From assembly GCA_027483785.1 (NCBI GenBank), contig JAIXTU010000187.1, positions 1-35,765 on the forward strand: 35,765 bases of DNA, written 5' to 3'. Both the position numbers and the translations under genes were made by a program. This stretch comes from Flavobacterium sp. GTDB taxonomy: Bacteria; Bacteroidota; Bacteroidia; Flavobacteriales; Flavobacteriaceae. Below are positions 26,376-35,588 of this stretch, piece by piece; position 1 is the stretch's first letter; the number at the start of each line of letters is the position of its first letter. A model generated the notes under the pieces. The model was given only the letters and a program-made list of their open reading frames with translations. It ran no database searches and was not told the DNA's origin.

Positions 26376-26834
26376 TTAAACTTGGTCGAAATCGTCCAAG
26401 TAGTATTTTGAGTTTATAAATGTGGCAAGATATGCCTGTGAAATTTTCGATCGTGTCAGGTACCGGTGATACGCTGGCACGGCTAGGAACAGTTTGATTT
26501 TATCCGTCTCGCTTAACTTGGCGAATGACTTTTCGGCATCAGCCCGGGCTACCTTTTTATTGTAAAGGTTCCAGATGGCCTCAAAGCTTAAATCGGCAGG
26601 ACTGATGCTGATTTCAAAAATCTTTTTGCATTTCTCGCTTTTGAGCCATACCTGATCCATGATGTCTTGTGAATACGGAAACGCGTAGTCGTAAAAGAGC
26701 TTCTTTGCAAGCTCTAGAAGCAAATCTCCGTTGTCAACGGAAAACTCCCTAATGCTGCCGTTTAAATTGTATTTAAAGAGCATTGTAATGCCGCTTTTAC
26801 GGCCTTTAACTCGGTAGGTTCTAAAGTTGTCCAT
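26376..26834 (-). CDS. Hypothetical phage protein
   Basis: FEAIWNLYNKKVARADAEKSF helical motif. Confidence 0.65.
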   Translation of the reverse strand: MDNFRTYRVKGRKSGITMLFKYNLNGSIREFSVDNGDLLLELAKKLFYDYAFPYSQDIMDQVWLKSEKCKKIFEISISPADLSFEAIWNLYNKKVARADAEKSFAKLSETDKIKLFLAVPAYHRYLTRSKISQAYLATFINSKYYLDDFDQV

Positions 26835-27150
26835 AAATTCGTTCTTTCAAATGTTTCTCTGAGCCAATGAGTAGCTTGATACCAACATCGACCGCGATGC
26901 GCTGCTCTATAAGAGCGCCGCGACTGGCTTGCCAGTCAGGTAAAAGGTAAATGTAATCGCACTCCATCAGCGCCGCCACACATTTACGCATGGCGGTTTT
27001 CCAATCGCATTGCCAATCATTGACAACTTCCAATGGATTGACTGGAACAGCTCCTGCAGCTTCGATTGCTTTTTGAGCTGCGCCAAATTTGATAGTTACT
27101 TCGTGGATAGGTAATCCTGTGACTTTACCGGCTATATATACTTTTTTCAT
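26821..27150 (-). CDS. DUF4406-like (nucleoside deoxyribosyltransferase-fold) protein
   Basis: KVYIAGKVTG...VNP...CDYIYLLPDWQASRGALIE. Confidence 0.8.
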   Translation of the reverse strand: MKKVYIAGKVTGLPIHEVTIKFGAAQKAIEAAGAVPVNPLEVVNDWQCDWKTAMRKCVAALMECDYIYLLPDWQASRGALIEQRIAVDVGIKLLIGSEKHLKERIYGQL

Positions 27151-27473
27151 GATAATTGCTTGTTAAGTTGATCGATTAAGTTTTGCATGATACGCCGTTC
27201 GTACGGCGTTGAAATAAGCTCTACCGAAATCAGTAAAAACTGTTCTAGATAATGAGCATGATGGTAAGTAATTGTTAACGATTGCTTTTTTTTAGCTTTC
27301 GAAAACAAGTCCAGATTTAATGCTACGTCGGAGAAGCTTTTGGCTACTTTCACGCGAACCTCGCTAAGTATCGATAATCGAACCCGGGTTTCGCGTGAGC
27401 CGTGGCTCGGGTCTAATTGTGCAAACAGCTGGTGTAAAACTTGAAGCTGTTCGTTGGTGATTTTCACTTTCAT
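27147..27473 (-). CDS. Hypothetical protein
   Basis: Likely start MKVKIT, overlapping the upstream stop. Confidence 0.6.
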   Translation of the reverse strand: MKVKITNEQLQVLHQLFAQLDPSHGSRETRVRLSILSEVRVKVAKSFSDVALNLDLFSKAKKKQSLTITYHHAHYLEQFLLISVELISTPYERRIMQNLIDQLNKQLS

Positions 27474-27640
27474 AGTCTGTGTATTGGTTCGCTTACAACT
27501 AAATGGCAATCGGTACATACTTCTACCACTACTTCAATGGTAAAAAGGTGATCGATAACCCGCTCTTCGGTTCTAGCGTGCGGGCATGTTGGTTGGTCCA
27601 GTTCTGCAAAGAACAAAGCCCACATTTGGTCAGTTCTCAT
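27470..27640 (-). CDS. Small Cys-containing hypothetical protein
   Basis: Likely start MRTDQ; CPH...CTDC motif. Confidence 0.5.
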   Translation of the reverse strand: MRTDQMWALFFAELDQPTCPHARTEERVIDHLFTIEVVVEVCTDCHLVVSEPIHRL

Positions 27641-27728
27641 CGTCGATTGTAAAGATGATCCACACAAATGCTACTGTTAGAACAAAAGCGGCTACAGAAG
27701 CGTAAAAAACAGGTTCTATTGCTATCAT
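27630..27728 (-). CDS. 32-aa single-TM peptide (absent from the ORF track)
   Basis: MIAIEPVFYASVAAFVLTVAFVWIIFTIDDEN; ATGA overlap with the upstream gene. Confidence 0.5.
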   Translation of the reverse strand: MIAIEPVFYASVAAFVLTVAFVWIIFTIDDEN

Positions 27729-28177
27729 TTGTACCGGTGATTTACAATTCCTTCAAACGCCTTAATTGTTTTCGAAAGCTCATCAGAAGACTGCTCTGTC
27801 AGCGGCTTTTTTACGGGTGATCGGTCGCTCTTTAAAAAATGTGCGATCCGTTTCATGTCTGCAATTTTGCCGTGCTTTTTGTGCGGCAGACTCCATTGCG
27901 CCTGTATGGCCATAGAGAGCACGGCACGATGCTTAGAGTTCTTGGCATCGAAGCCTTCGAAAGCATCTTTGTGCGTTCGGTTCTGCGATGGCGCAGCGCC
28001 TGTTTGCTTGGCAATTATTGCGTTAGCTTGCTGCTCGGTTAAATCGTGCAGCGATCGTTTGGCAACTTCACCGGTAGCCCATTGCACCCACTCCTCCTTG
28101 ATATCGGAGTTGTAGGCGCAATTGCGCATGATGGTTTTGATCTGATCTTTGCGAATTGGTGCTTCAGTTGCTGTCAT
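27725..28177 (-). CDS. Hypothetical protein, possibly GemA-like
   Basis: SLHDLTEQQA and ELSKTIKAFE motifs; Mu early-region position. Confidence 0.5.
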   Translation of the reverse strand: MTATEAPIRKDQIKTIMRNCAYNSDIKEEWVQWATGEVAKRSLHDLTEQQANAIIAKQTGAAPSQNRTHKDAFEGFDAKNSKHRAVLSMAIQAQWSLPHKKHGKIADMKRIAHFLKSDRSPVKKPLTEQSSDELSKTIKAFEGIVNHRYK

Positions 28178-28415
28178 CTACGATTAATTTAAGATTGAAT
28201 GAAGGCACTTTTCTTAGAACGTTGCCGCCCATATCTTTCACATCGAACCAGTTGCTGAACTCAGCGTGTCGATTGGTAATTATTACTGTTTCGCCTTTCA
28301 CAAACATTTTATTTTCGTGATTCCAGTAATCGGCAAGCAGTTTAGCCTGCTTGCCGTTGTAATAGTCAACAGGCTTGCTGTTGACGATGGTTTCGTTTAA
28401 AGTGATATATCCCAT
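28164..28415 (-). CDS. Hypothetical protein (SH3-like pattern)
   Basis: KGETVII...WFDV...KVPSFNLK. Confidence 0.5.
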   Translation of the reverse strand: MGYITLNETIVNSKPVDYYNGKQAKLLADYWNHENKMFVKGETVIITNRHAEFSNWFDVKDMGGNVLRKVPSFNLKLIVDDSN

Positions 28416-28900
28416 GATTTTCTTTTTACGATAAAATCTACGTAAAGCGCTGCAGGATAATTGCCGTATAATGGAACGGTGTGGCCGCCTTCGCTGCGCA
28501 AATCGGAGAATCCAACCTTAATAGGCTTACAGCGTTTGTAAGTGTCGTTTAGATGGTTGACCAGTAGTTGCATACTTGCTTTGAACTGCTCGTAATAAGC
28601 AGCATCGTAAGCCGTGCCATCTATTGTTTTAAGGTACTCTAAAAACGATTTTTCTAGTGAGTTTTTAGGCACGTAGGTAGCTGCAAGACGAACAACGATT
28701 AAATCGAAGTCTCCACTGCTTTTAGGCTTCTTTTCAGAGGACTTTGCATTTTTATCTCGCGAGTTTAAATATTCGCGAAGCGCTTTAGTCTCATTAGCCG
28801 TTAACTCCTCTTTGGCTTTCACGCCATCTTCGGAGACAAAAACCTCCTTGCCATTGACGGCAAGGAAGTTGTGTTCTGTTTCTTTGATTTCTACGCTCAT
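28397..28900 (-). CDS. Hypothetical protein
   Basis: ORF coupled in the early operon. Confidence 0.6.
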   Translation of the reverse strand: MSVEIKETEHNFLAVNGKEVFVSEDGVKAKEELTANETKALREYLNSRDKNAKSSEKKPKSSGDFDLIVVRLAATYVPKNSLEKSFLEYLKTIDGTAYDAAYYEQFKASMQLLVNHLNDTYKRCKPIKVGFSDLRSEGGHTVPLYGNYPAALYVDFIVKRKSWDISL

Positions 28901-29604
28901 GATTCACTGCTTTGTTGTTCTGGAATCTCCTCTGCAAAGAAGTCAAACTCATAACCGGCTGAAAATCCAGCCGAGGACATGGAAAGTGGTATTGAGGTTT
29001 TGCTGCCATCAGCATTGATCAAATATGCCTCGATAAACCAACTAGATCGAACAGGCTTGTATGCCTCCGCAATGATTTTTACGCCGTTCGAAAACTCCTC
29101 GTCATTGAACTTTGGCGCGAGCTTTTGCAGCTCCAGTACTCGCGAACCTTTTAGGTTGCCCTTGGCGTCCTTCTTTAAAAGATTGAATACAGTATCGACC
29201 AATGCGGCAGAATTCTCATCCTTAGCCAAGGATTGAATAAATCGCTGTACTTTCTCGACGCCAGCACTTACGGTATCATCCCAACCTTCGTTAATGCGAT
29301 ATCCGATAGTAATCTCTTCGCGATCGGTCGAGAACGTATGCGATTGCTGCTTTTGCTTCAAACCGTACACTTTGTTTTTCAAATCTAAAACCTGCTCGAA
29401 AAACTTGAACGTGTCGGTTTTTGCGTTCGATAGGTGCTCGCTTGCTTGCGTGAGTCTAAAGATTGCTTTTGGCACAGTTTCCTGAACCAAATCTTTATAA
29501 GCCTGACGATCTTTGTCTTTGCTGGCTTCTTTTTTACTGAGAATAGCTTTCAGCTCTTCGACCGATAAGCTCTCAACATCTACTAATTTTTTAGTCTGTT
29601 CCAT
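28897..29604 (-). CDS. DUF3164-like (Gam-like) protein
   Basis: QQSHTFS...GWDDTV...GNLKGSRVLEL...IPLSMS. Confidence 0.7.
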   Translation of the reverse strand: MEQTKKLVDVESLSVEELKAILSKKEASKDKDRQAYKDLVQETVPKAIFRLTQASEHLSNAKTDTFKFFEQVLDLKNKVYGLKQKQQSHTFSTDREEITIGYRINEGWDDTVSAGVEKVQRFIQSLAKDENSAALVDTVFNLLKKDAKGNLKGSRVLELQKLAPKFNDEEFSNGVKIIAEAYKPVRSSWFIEAYLINADGSKTSIPLSMSSAGFSAGYEFDFFAEEIPEQQSSES

Positions 29605-29605
29605 C

Positions 29606-29893
29606 TTACTTTTTGGTATAGGTTACACAAATTCCTTTTCCGGAGCGTTTTACTGAAAAACTTGACGCTACGGTTAGCAGAAAAGCGAAACCGCCATCTG
29701 TAATCGCGTCATTCGTATTAAACGATACGGAATTTCCCTTTACGCGTACCGAGGTAACTTTTACGCGAACTATTTTTTCTAACTCGGTTTTCAATTGGCT
29801 ACTGGTAGCCGGTGCATCTGTTGTTTGCATATCTGTGGGTGTTAAAATTTCAAAATCGTTAACTGTGATCTCTTCTATATTCATACTCTTCAA
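29606..29893 (-). CDS. Hypothetical protein
   Basis: VKRSGKGI motif; early operon. Confidence 0.55.
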   Translation of the reverse strand: MKSMNIEEITVNDFEILTPTDMQTTDAPATSSQLKTELEKIVRVKVTSVRVKGNSVSFNTNDAITDGGFAFLLTVASSFSVKRSGKGICVTYTKK

Positions 29894-30155
29894 TTAAGGG
29901 GCATTTCACTTCTATAAATCGATACTGTTCCAGCTCTCTTGCAATCTCTTGCACCTTTAATTCAACATCGGGCGGAATGCATCGAATGTGGGTTCTGCTG
30001 AAATCGAGCGATGCTAATTGCGTGGCGCGCTCGGAATTAATCAGCATCCGTTCTACCAATGAAAGTCGGGCACTGTACTGGCGATCGAATCGCAGCGCGT
30101 TGTAGAGTTGCTGCATACGCGCCTTTGTTGTTTGAATGTGTAGTTCAGTTGGCAT
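29859..30155 (-). CDS. Hypothetical protein
   Basis: Likely start MPTELH. Confidence 0.55.
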   Translation of the reverse strand: MPTELHIQTTKARMQQLYNALRFDRQYSARLSLVERMLINSERATQLASLDFSRTHIRCIPPDVELKVQEIARELEQYRFIEVKCPLIEEYEYRRDHS

Positions 30156-30525
30156 ATATGGCGGTATGTTCGGTTTTGATATCAGGCAAATGCAGCTGAA
30201 TGCGAAAATCAATGTTCAAAGCAAAATTCAACAGTGGGTTGGGGTAGATTTGAAAAATCTCCACCGTGCAACCGTGATACACATAATCGACACCGTTGTT
30301 TACAGGATTGTTTTCGATAATGTTGCAGAACAACTGCTCTAGGCGCGTGTACTCGTGCATAAACCATTTATCGATACCGGTACTGGTGAGAATGCGCTGA
30401 AATTCGTAATCGTTACGTGCGAACTTGGTTGCCCACTGCTGAAAGGTTTTAAAAACCATCTCTTCGTGCTCTTGCGAGGTGATCTGTAAGTAATCGATCA
30501 CTTTGTTTGCTGTCGTTGTTTTCAT
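30145..30525 (-). CDS. Hypothetical protein
   Basis: Likely start MKTTTA, right after the upstream stop. Confidence 0.6.
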   Translation of the reverse strand: MKTTTANKVIDYLQITSQEHEEMVFKTFQQWATKFARNDYEFQRILTSTGIDKWFMHEYTRLEQLFCNIIENNPVNNGVDYVYHGCTVEIFQIYPNPLLNFALNIDFRIQLHLPDIKTEHTAIYAN

Positions 30526-30526
30526 A

Positions 30527-31165
30527 TTAATTGGTTGTTTTTTGTTCGGTTCCGTGATACAATGCGGCAAGGTTTGGAGCTATGTTTATTTCGCCACCCG
30601 GACACCTTCCGGAAACGAAAGCTTTGAAACCCTGCACATGAATAATGACTTTCGCCAATTTTTTAATCATTCGAGCGGTCGCGGTATAAGGCTCGTTGCG
30701 CTCTTCGTGTGCGATAAAAATGAATGTTACTCCGGGGAACTCGGCGAGCAATTTTCTAACACGATTGTTACGAAGCTCGTCGACGTATACCGTAATGTTG
30801 TCGATGATTACAAACTTGGGACCTTGCCGTTTGATCAAAAGTTCGCGCAAATCGTCGATCGTGAGAAAATCAGCAAACTGTAAATTTTTGCGATTCGGAT
30901 CAATTCCTTGCAGTCTGCAATTCTCTCTAATTTCACTCGACAATCCCTCCTCAGCGCTTACGTACAAGGTCCGTTTTAGATTGGCTAGCTCGTCGGCTAT
31001 GTTTACCGAAACAGCGGTTTTGCCGTTCTTCTCGTGCCCGTAGACCAGCCATGCGCCGCCAATCTCGGGCGATCCTATTACAAGCCTCCAAACACCACCA
31101 ATCGACAATAGTTTGTATCGAAGCTTAAAAAGGCCTTTTACACTTACGATTTTAGCCATTAGCAT
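30527..31165 (-). CDS. RecA/KaiC-like P-loop ATPase
   Basis: GHEKNGKT Walker A, LYVSAEEG, VIIDN Walker B, FIFIAHE. Confidence 0.8.
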   Translation of the reverse strand: MLMAKIVSVKGLFKLRYKLLSIGGVWRLVIGSPEIGGAWLVYGHEKNGKTAVSVNIADELANLKRTLYVSAEEGLSSEIRENCRLQGIDPNRKNLQFADFLTIDDLRELLIKRQGPKFVIIDNITVYVDELRNNRVRKLLAEFPGVTFIFIAHEERNEPYTATARMIKKLAKVIIHVQGFKAFVSGRCPGGEINIAPNLAALYHGTEQKTTN

Positions 31166-32051
31166 CGAGTTTTAATAACGTGTCTAAGTGGCGTAAACTC
31201 TTGCCTTTGCTTACGCAAGCACGCGCGTATTGAGCTGCCTTAGCTACATCGCCGTTGGCTTTCACGATGTCTAGGATCATTTGGTTGTAAAAGGCTTTGC
31301 GGTCCTCTTCAACAGTTGGAATGATGCTAATGTACTCGTCGGAAAAACGGCTAAACAATTCGGCAAAACCTACTCTGTTGTACTTCATTCCGGTTTCGAT
31401 TTTATTACGCAATCCATCGGCGCCCATCATGAACCAACCGCATGCATCTTCACTGGCATTCCAGAGTTCTTTGATATCGAGAAAGCTGGCGTAGTCTAAA
31501 TCACCCGCTTCATCGAGAATGATTACAGGATTTTGCAAAATGTTAGCAAGCGTATACTTCACATTCTCTTTGATATCGATGTATCGGTTTCCACGGCTTT
31601 TTAATGCCGTTTCAATGCCGAGAGTTCGCGCTAATAACTTCATAAACTGAATGCGGCTCTTAGCCTGAGAACAGTCGATGTAAAACGCGTTTTTTAGCTT
31701 GCTGCAGATGTGCTTTGCGCAGGCTGTTTTACCGATACCTGTTTCATCTACCAGTATGATAGACTTGTGAAACTCCTGACAAAATTTAATTGACTCTTCG
31801 ATTTCGTTATACACTTCGGTTCGAACAATCTTGTGTGTGCGCTTTGATAGCGTTACACCTAATTGGCGCGCCAGGGCAATCCAAGCCGTTGGACTTAATA
31901 GTTGATCAATCTGACCGTTTTTAAGCCGGCTGTATTGAGCAGGTGACAATCCTTTGGTTGAAGCAAAATGCGCTTCAGAACCTCCGTAGTTGTTTCGTGC
32001 TTCGATCAGCGCTGTGGCTATTTTTTTCTTAAAATCGAGTGTTAATTCCAT
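31152..32051 (-). CDS. MuB-like AAA+ transposition ATPase
   Basis: N-terminal HTH, GIGKT, IILDEAGDL, ELFSR; follows the transposase. Confidence 0.88.
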   Translation of the reverse strand: MELTLDFKKKIATALIEARNNYGGSEAHFASTKGLSPAQYSRLKNGQIDQLLSPTAWIALARQLGVTLSKRTHKIVRTEVYNEIEESIKFCQEFHKSIILVDETGIGKTACAKHICSKLKNAFYIDCSQAKSRIQFMKLLARTLGIETALKSRGNRYIDIKENVKYTLANILQNPVIILDEAGDLDYASFLDIKELWNASEDACGWFMMGADGLRNKIETGMKYNRVGFAELFSRFSDEYISIIPTVEEDRKAFYNQMILDIVKANGDVAKAAQYARACVSKGKSLRHLDTLLKLDANG

Positions 32052-32072
32052 GGTTGCTTTGTTACTTGTGTG

Positions 32073-34112
32073 TTATTGTGTGCTAAAACTTCTTTGAAGC
32101 GCTGATTTTCGTGCTGTCTCGGGCAGAATAAATGCCTCTTCTGGAGTGGTCTCGAAAACTTCTGCATCGTGCTCTTGTGGCTCGTAAACTTTGCGAGAGC
32201 TGAATGTGAATCGACTGTCGAATGTTTGCTGCTGTAGTTTTTGTACCACCACCGGCTGCAAACGTTTCGATTGTTTGGCGGAGAAAGCTTCCACAGTGGC
32301 CACGTAGGCGCTTTGCAGGCTTCGAGCGTCGTTATCGGCGTCCGTGCGCTCGTAAGTGGCTCGATTGTATTTAGGCATCTCCAGCAGCTCGCAAATCATT
32401 TTATCGTTCACGTAAACAAAGGCTTTCAAAACATTGCCTTGGTTGTCATCGAGCCAGTACACGTCGAATGAGTTTCCTTCCAGTTGGCGCATTAGGTTAA
32501 TGAGCGCTTCGCCGGTACAAATAGCTCCATCAAGTGCTAAGGCGCGTTTTAATCCTTGAAGTTTTACAAATCCAAGATTGCAGCTGGTTTGTACTTTGTA
32601 GCCAATGGTTGGCAGTATGGCAGCCCAGTTGGTTGGTAGTGTATTTGGATTTTGATTTTCGATAAAGTACTGCACGCGCGTCAGGTGCGGTTGCTTAGGA
32701 TGCGGTGCGTGGTTAAACTGATCTATGGCATTAAGCAATCTTTCAATAAGTGGATTCCAGGGCGTGATAACCTCTTCAGATTTAGGACCTATTTGGTTGG
32801 CCTCGTTGCGTGCAAAGGGTCGACCGATAAATCCTTCGAGTTCCTTTTCAAATTCGTAGCGCAGCGGCTTGTTTACACCCGATTCAATCCATTTACCAGC
32901 CGCGTTGTTGGCTTCGATACGCACGTTTTGAAATAGCGCACCTGGGCGGAGTAAGGTGTCTTTATAACTACTGTTAAGCGAGCTTTCGCACTCGAGTTCG
33001 AGCGGTAAGTTGATTCCCCATTGGTGGTAGTTACGTACCAACTGTCGGTAAAATTCAAGTATAAGCCCTTCTTTGCCCTTTCCATAAACCACTGCTGAGA
33101 TATATTGCGAGGCAACATCGACACCGAGATAAAACCAGGGGCGTTTGCCTTTTTCGTATAAAAAGGGCGCTTGCCTGTCATCGATTGATAGCAAAGAACC
33201 GGCATAGATCGGTGCGTTAAGCTGGTGCCGAATTTTGTAATTGTCCATGTATTTTTGCCGATCGCCTGATCGCAATTTGTGGGTAACCATTCGGTTCTCC
33301 CATTTACCCAAGTAATTTTTGACCGTAGATGCTGAAATTCTCTTAAATCCTTTAGGTTCGAATAACTCGCCAGTCTCAGGGTTGTACACTTCGGTGTATC
33401 CGTTTAAAAATGCTTCGTAGGCTCTGTGTACATCGGTCGGTGTTGGTTTGCTTTTGGCGTTGGCGTAGATGCCGTTTAACAGCATTTCGATCGTTTCGTC
33501 GACCTTACGCGCATTTTGCTTAGCTGCTCCAGCAATATCTTTGATCAGAGCGGTATACTGCTCTATTTTGAATTTGCGGTACGTTTCGCGAAAACGTTTG
33601 CTTGTTGGTATAGTGTGCTCAGTGTTGTAGGTTACTCGAAGGTAGTTTTGGAAGGTAGCCACATCATTACCCAGCGAGTTTATTAAACCAACAAGCGATC
33701 CGCGTCGCATGAGTATATGTTGCGTGCGTTGTGCTTCGAGTTTAATGAGGGCTTGCAGAACCGACGCGTTTACGATGTAGCGCTGAATTTCAGTTTCGTT
33801 GAGTTTACTTCCATCTTGCCTTCTGAAATTGTGATAAAAGTGTGAGGCTTTTGGGTCCCACTCGAAATGCGGTATCAGTGTGTGCTCCGGAATGCGCGGA
33901 TCACCTAACTTTTGTTGTATCTCTTTGCGTAAGGTATCAAAGTCTATCAGCAAGCGCCGGCCATTGCCGCCACGCTGCAAACGCTTAATGCCATACGGAA
34001 GCTGCTCGTAACGTTGAATCTCCTTTTGTAAGGTTCCGAGGGTTTTGTAATGCATTGGCACCAGCTCCTCGACTTCTACAGCTACTTTATTTTCGGTGAA
34101 TAAATAGGGCAT
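32073..34112 (-). CDS. MuA-like DDE transposase
   Basis: SIDD...GVDVASQYI, ELECES, GKWIES RNase H-like core; N-terminal GGNGRRLLI. Confidence 0.85.
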   Translation of the reverse strand: MPYLFTENKVAVEVEELVPMHYKTLGTLQKEIQRYEQLPYGIKRLQRGGNGRRLLIDFDTLRKEIQQKLGDPRIPEHTLIPHFEWDPKASHFYHNFRRQDGSKLNETEIQRYIVNASVLQALIKLEAQRTQHILMRRGSLVGLINSLGNDVATFQNYLRVTYNTEHTIPTSKRFRETYRKFKIEQYTALIKDIAGAAKQNARKVDETIEMLLNGIYANAKSKPTPTDVHRAYEAFLNGYTEVYNPETGELFEPKGFKRISASTVKNYLGKWENRMVTHKLRSGDRQKYMDNYKIRHQLNAPIYAGSLLSIDDRQAPFLYEKGKRPWFYLGVDVASQYISAVVYGKGKEGLILEFYRQLVRNYHQWGINLPLELECESSLNSSYKDTLLRPGALFQNVRIEANNAAGKWIESGVNKPLRYEFEKELEGFIGRPFARNEANQIGPKSEEVITPWNPLIERLLNAIDQFNHAPHPKQPHLTRVQYFIENQNPNTLPTNWAAILPTIGYKVQTSCNLGFVKLQGLKRALALDGAICTGEALINLMRQLEGNSFDVYWLDDNQGNVLKAFVYVNDKMICELLEMPKYNRATYERTDADNDARSLQSAYVATVEAFSAKQSKRLQPVVVQKLQQQTFDSRFTFSSRKVYEPQEHDAEVFETTPEEAFILPETARKSALQRSFSTQ

Positions 34113-34128
34113 ATTTTACTCTGTTTTT

Positions 34129-34172
34129 GCTCCATCCTAGGACTCGAACCTAGGAGTGTGCCTCTTTGGAAA
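34129..34172 (-). ncRNA. tRNA-like mini-element (T-arm plus acceptor-like stem)
   Basis: TCCTAGG-TTCGAGT-CCTAGGA closed by TTCCA/TGGAG; no anticodon arm. Confidence 0.5.
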
Positions 34173-34175
34173 TTA

Positions 34176-34391
34176 CTAAGACTTTAAAGTTTCTTTAATA
34201 GCAGCCGTAGCTGCTTTCTCCATCATTTTGTAGTCCTCCGCGATTTTGATAGAAAGGGTACCAGACCTGTATCCGGTTATTGATTGGCGCACGTAGTTTA
34301 AACCTACATCGTACTTTTTTTGAAGCTCTCTTAAGATAGCCTGATTGTAAAGTGTTTTCGGTTTTCTTGTGGGTGTGGGTTTATTATTCAT
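34176..34391 (-). CDS. Ner/Cro-like DNA-binding protein
   Basis: ELQKKYDVGLNYVRQSITG HTH; first early gene, divergent from the repressor. Confidence 0.7.
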   Translation of the reverse strand: MNNKPTPTRKPKTLYNQAILRELQKKYDVGLNYVRQSITGYRSGTLSIKIAEDYKMMEKAATAAIKETLKS

Positions 34392-34438
34392 ACTTTCGTT
34401 GTTTTATTCATTTTGCGATTACATTGACGCAAATTAAC

Positions 34439-34481
34439 GACAAAATTTTATCAGTTGTACATTTATGGACAAAATTTTATC
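34439..34481. promoter_or_regulatory. Putative repressor operators
   Basis: Near-palindrome GACAAAATTTTATC at 34439-34452 and 34468-34481. Confidence 0.65.
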
Positions 34482-35130
34482 GCCTATAAAAAGTAGAATC
34501 ATTCAAATTATTGATTTTAAAGCTATTGAAAAGGGCAGGTTTTTAGAAAGTATAGGTGTATCGGCGTCTAATTTCCGCGGTCAAAGTCTATACAGTGAAG
34601 CTGGAGGTGAAGTTGTAGCCAAAATTTTAGCGCACTTTCCAGACGTTTCGGCTGAATGGCTATTGTTAGGAAAGGGCGACATGTTGAGGCGCGAAAATTT
34701 TGTCGTTAACGATAGCGCAGATAATCACGGTATTCCTTTGGTTCCTTTTGAGGCTTATGCCGGCTCTGGCGACAGCTCCGTTTCGGGTGTTGATCTGTCG
34801 CAGGTTGAAACGCGCTATGTTATACCGCTCTATAATGGTACCGGTGTCGATTTTATGATTACCGTGCACGGCAGCAGCATGACGCCTAATTTTAATAGCG
34901 GCGATGTGGTTGCTTGTAAGATAATAGCTGAGCTGCCTTATGTAGTTTGGAACAATGTGTACATTTTTGATACCGTTAATGACGGGGTAATGATTAAACG
35001 ACTGCTGCCTGGGGAAGACGAGAGTAATTATACTTGCCGGTCCGACAATCCGGAATACAAAGATTTTTTACTTCCAAAAACCGACATCCGAAAAATTGCG
35101 AGTGTTGTGGGTGCTGTAAAATTGGTGTGA
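34465..35130 (+). CDS. CI/LexA-like repressor with S24 peptidase domain
   Basis: SAEWLLLGKGDM, A-G site (AYAG), VHGSSMTP catalytic Ser, IKRL catalytic Lys. Confidence 0.9.
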   Translation: MDKILSPIKSRIIQIIDFKAIEKGRFLESIGVSASNFRGQSLYSEAGGEVVAKILAHFPDVSAEWLLLGKGDMLRRENFVVNDSADNHGIPLVPFEAYAGSGDSSVSGVDLSQVETRYVIPLYNGTGVDFMITVHGSSMTPNFNSGDVVACKIIAELPYVVWNNVYIFDTVNDGVMIKRLLPGEDESNYTCRSDNPEYKDFLLPKTDIRKIASVVGAVKLV

Positions 35131-35337
35131 TTGTGCCGTTTTATGTTGTGCGCACGTGCTTAAATGTTAAAATTTACTAGTTCTTTTAGCGGCTTTGGCT
35201 TGTTTTTTTGGCGCTTCACACTTACCGTTGCTAATTTTGAGTTTTGAAAAAAGTGTTGTTTTTTCGGTTTTTTTGCACGCAAAACAGGCAAAAAGCGCGT
35301 TTTGGGCTGCTAAAAAAGGGGTAAAAAAACACAAAAG

Positions 35338-35373
35338 TGTCCACCCAACTGTCCACCCAACTGTCCACCCAAC
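35338..35373 (+). repeat. 3 x 12-bp tandem repeat TGTCCACCCAAC
   Basis: Exact copies at 35338, 35350 and 35362. Confidence 0.9.
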
Positions 35374-35434
35374 TTAAAACAGGGCTTTTTCATGTGTTTT
35401 TGTAGGGTATAGATCAGCCAACAAAAAACCCCGC

Positions 35435-35467
35435 TTAAACAGCATTTAAACAGCATTTAAACAGGGT
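35435..35467 (+). repeat. 11-bp tandem repeat TTAAACAGCAT (2 exact, 1 degenerate)
   Basis: Copies at 35435, 35446 and 35457. Confidence 0.75.
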
Positions 35468-35588
35468 TAAAAATGGGTGTAAATAGCCGTTTTTATAGGC
35501 TATTAGCTATGAACTGGACACATATACCGGTTATTTATTTGGTTTGGTTTTAAAACAGGACACAAATCGGACACATCTGGACAGATTT

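Noticed and set aside
34129-34172. Functional tRNA gene or attP/attB core
   Set aside because: Only about 44 nt, no D or anticodon arm, and no tyrosine/serine integrase.
35338-35467. Tandem repeats as a CRISPR array
   Set aside because: Units are 11-12 bp with no spacers, and there are no cas genes.
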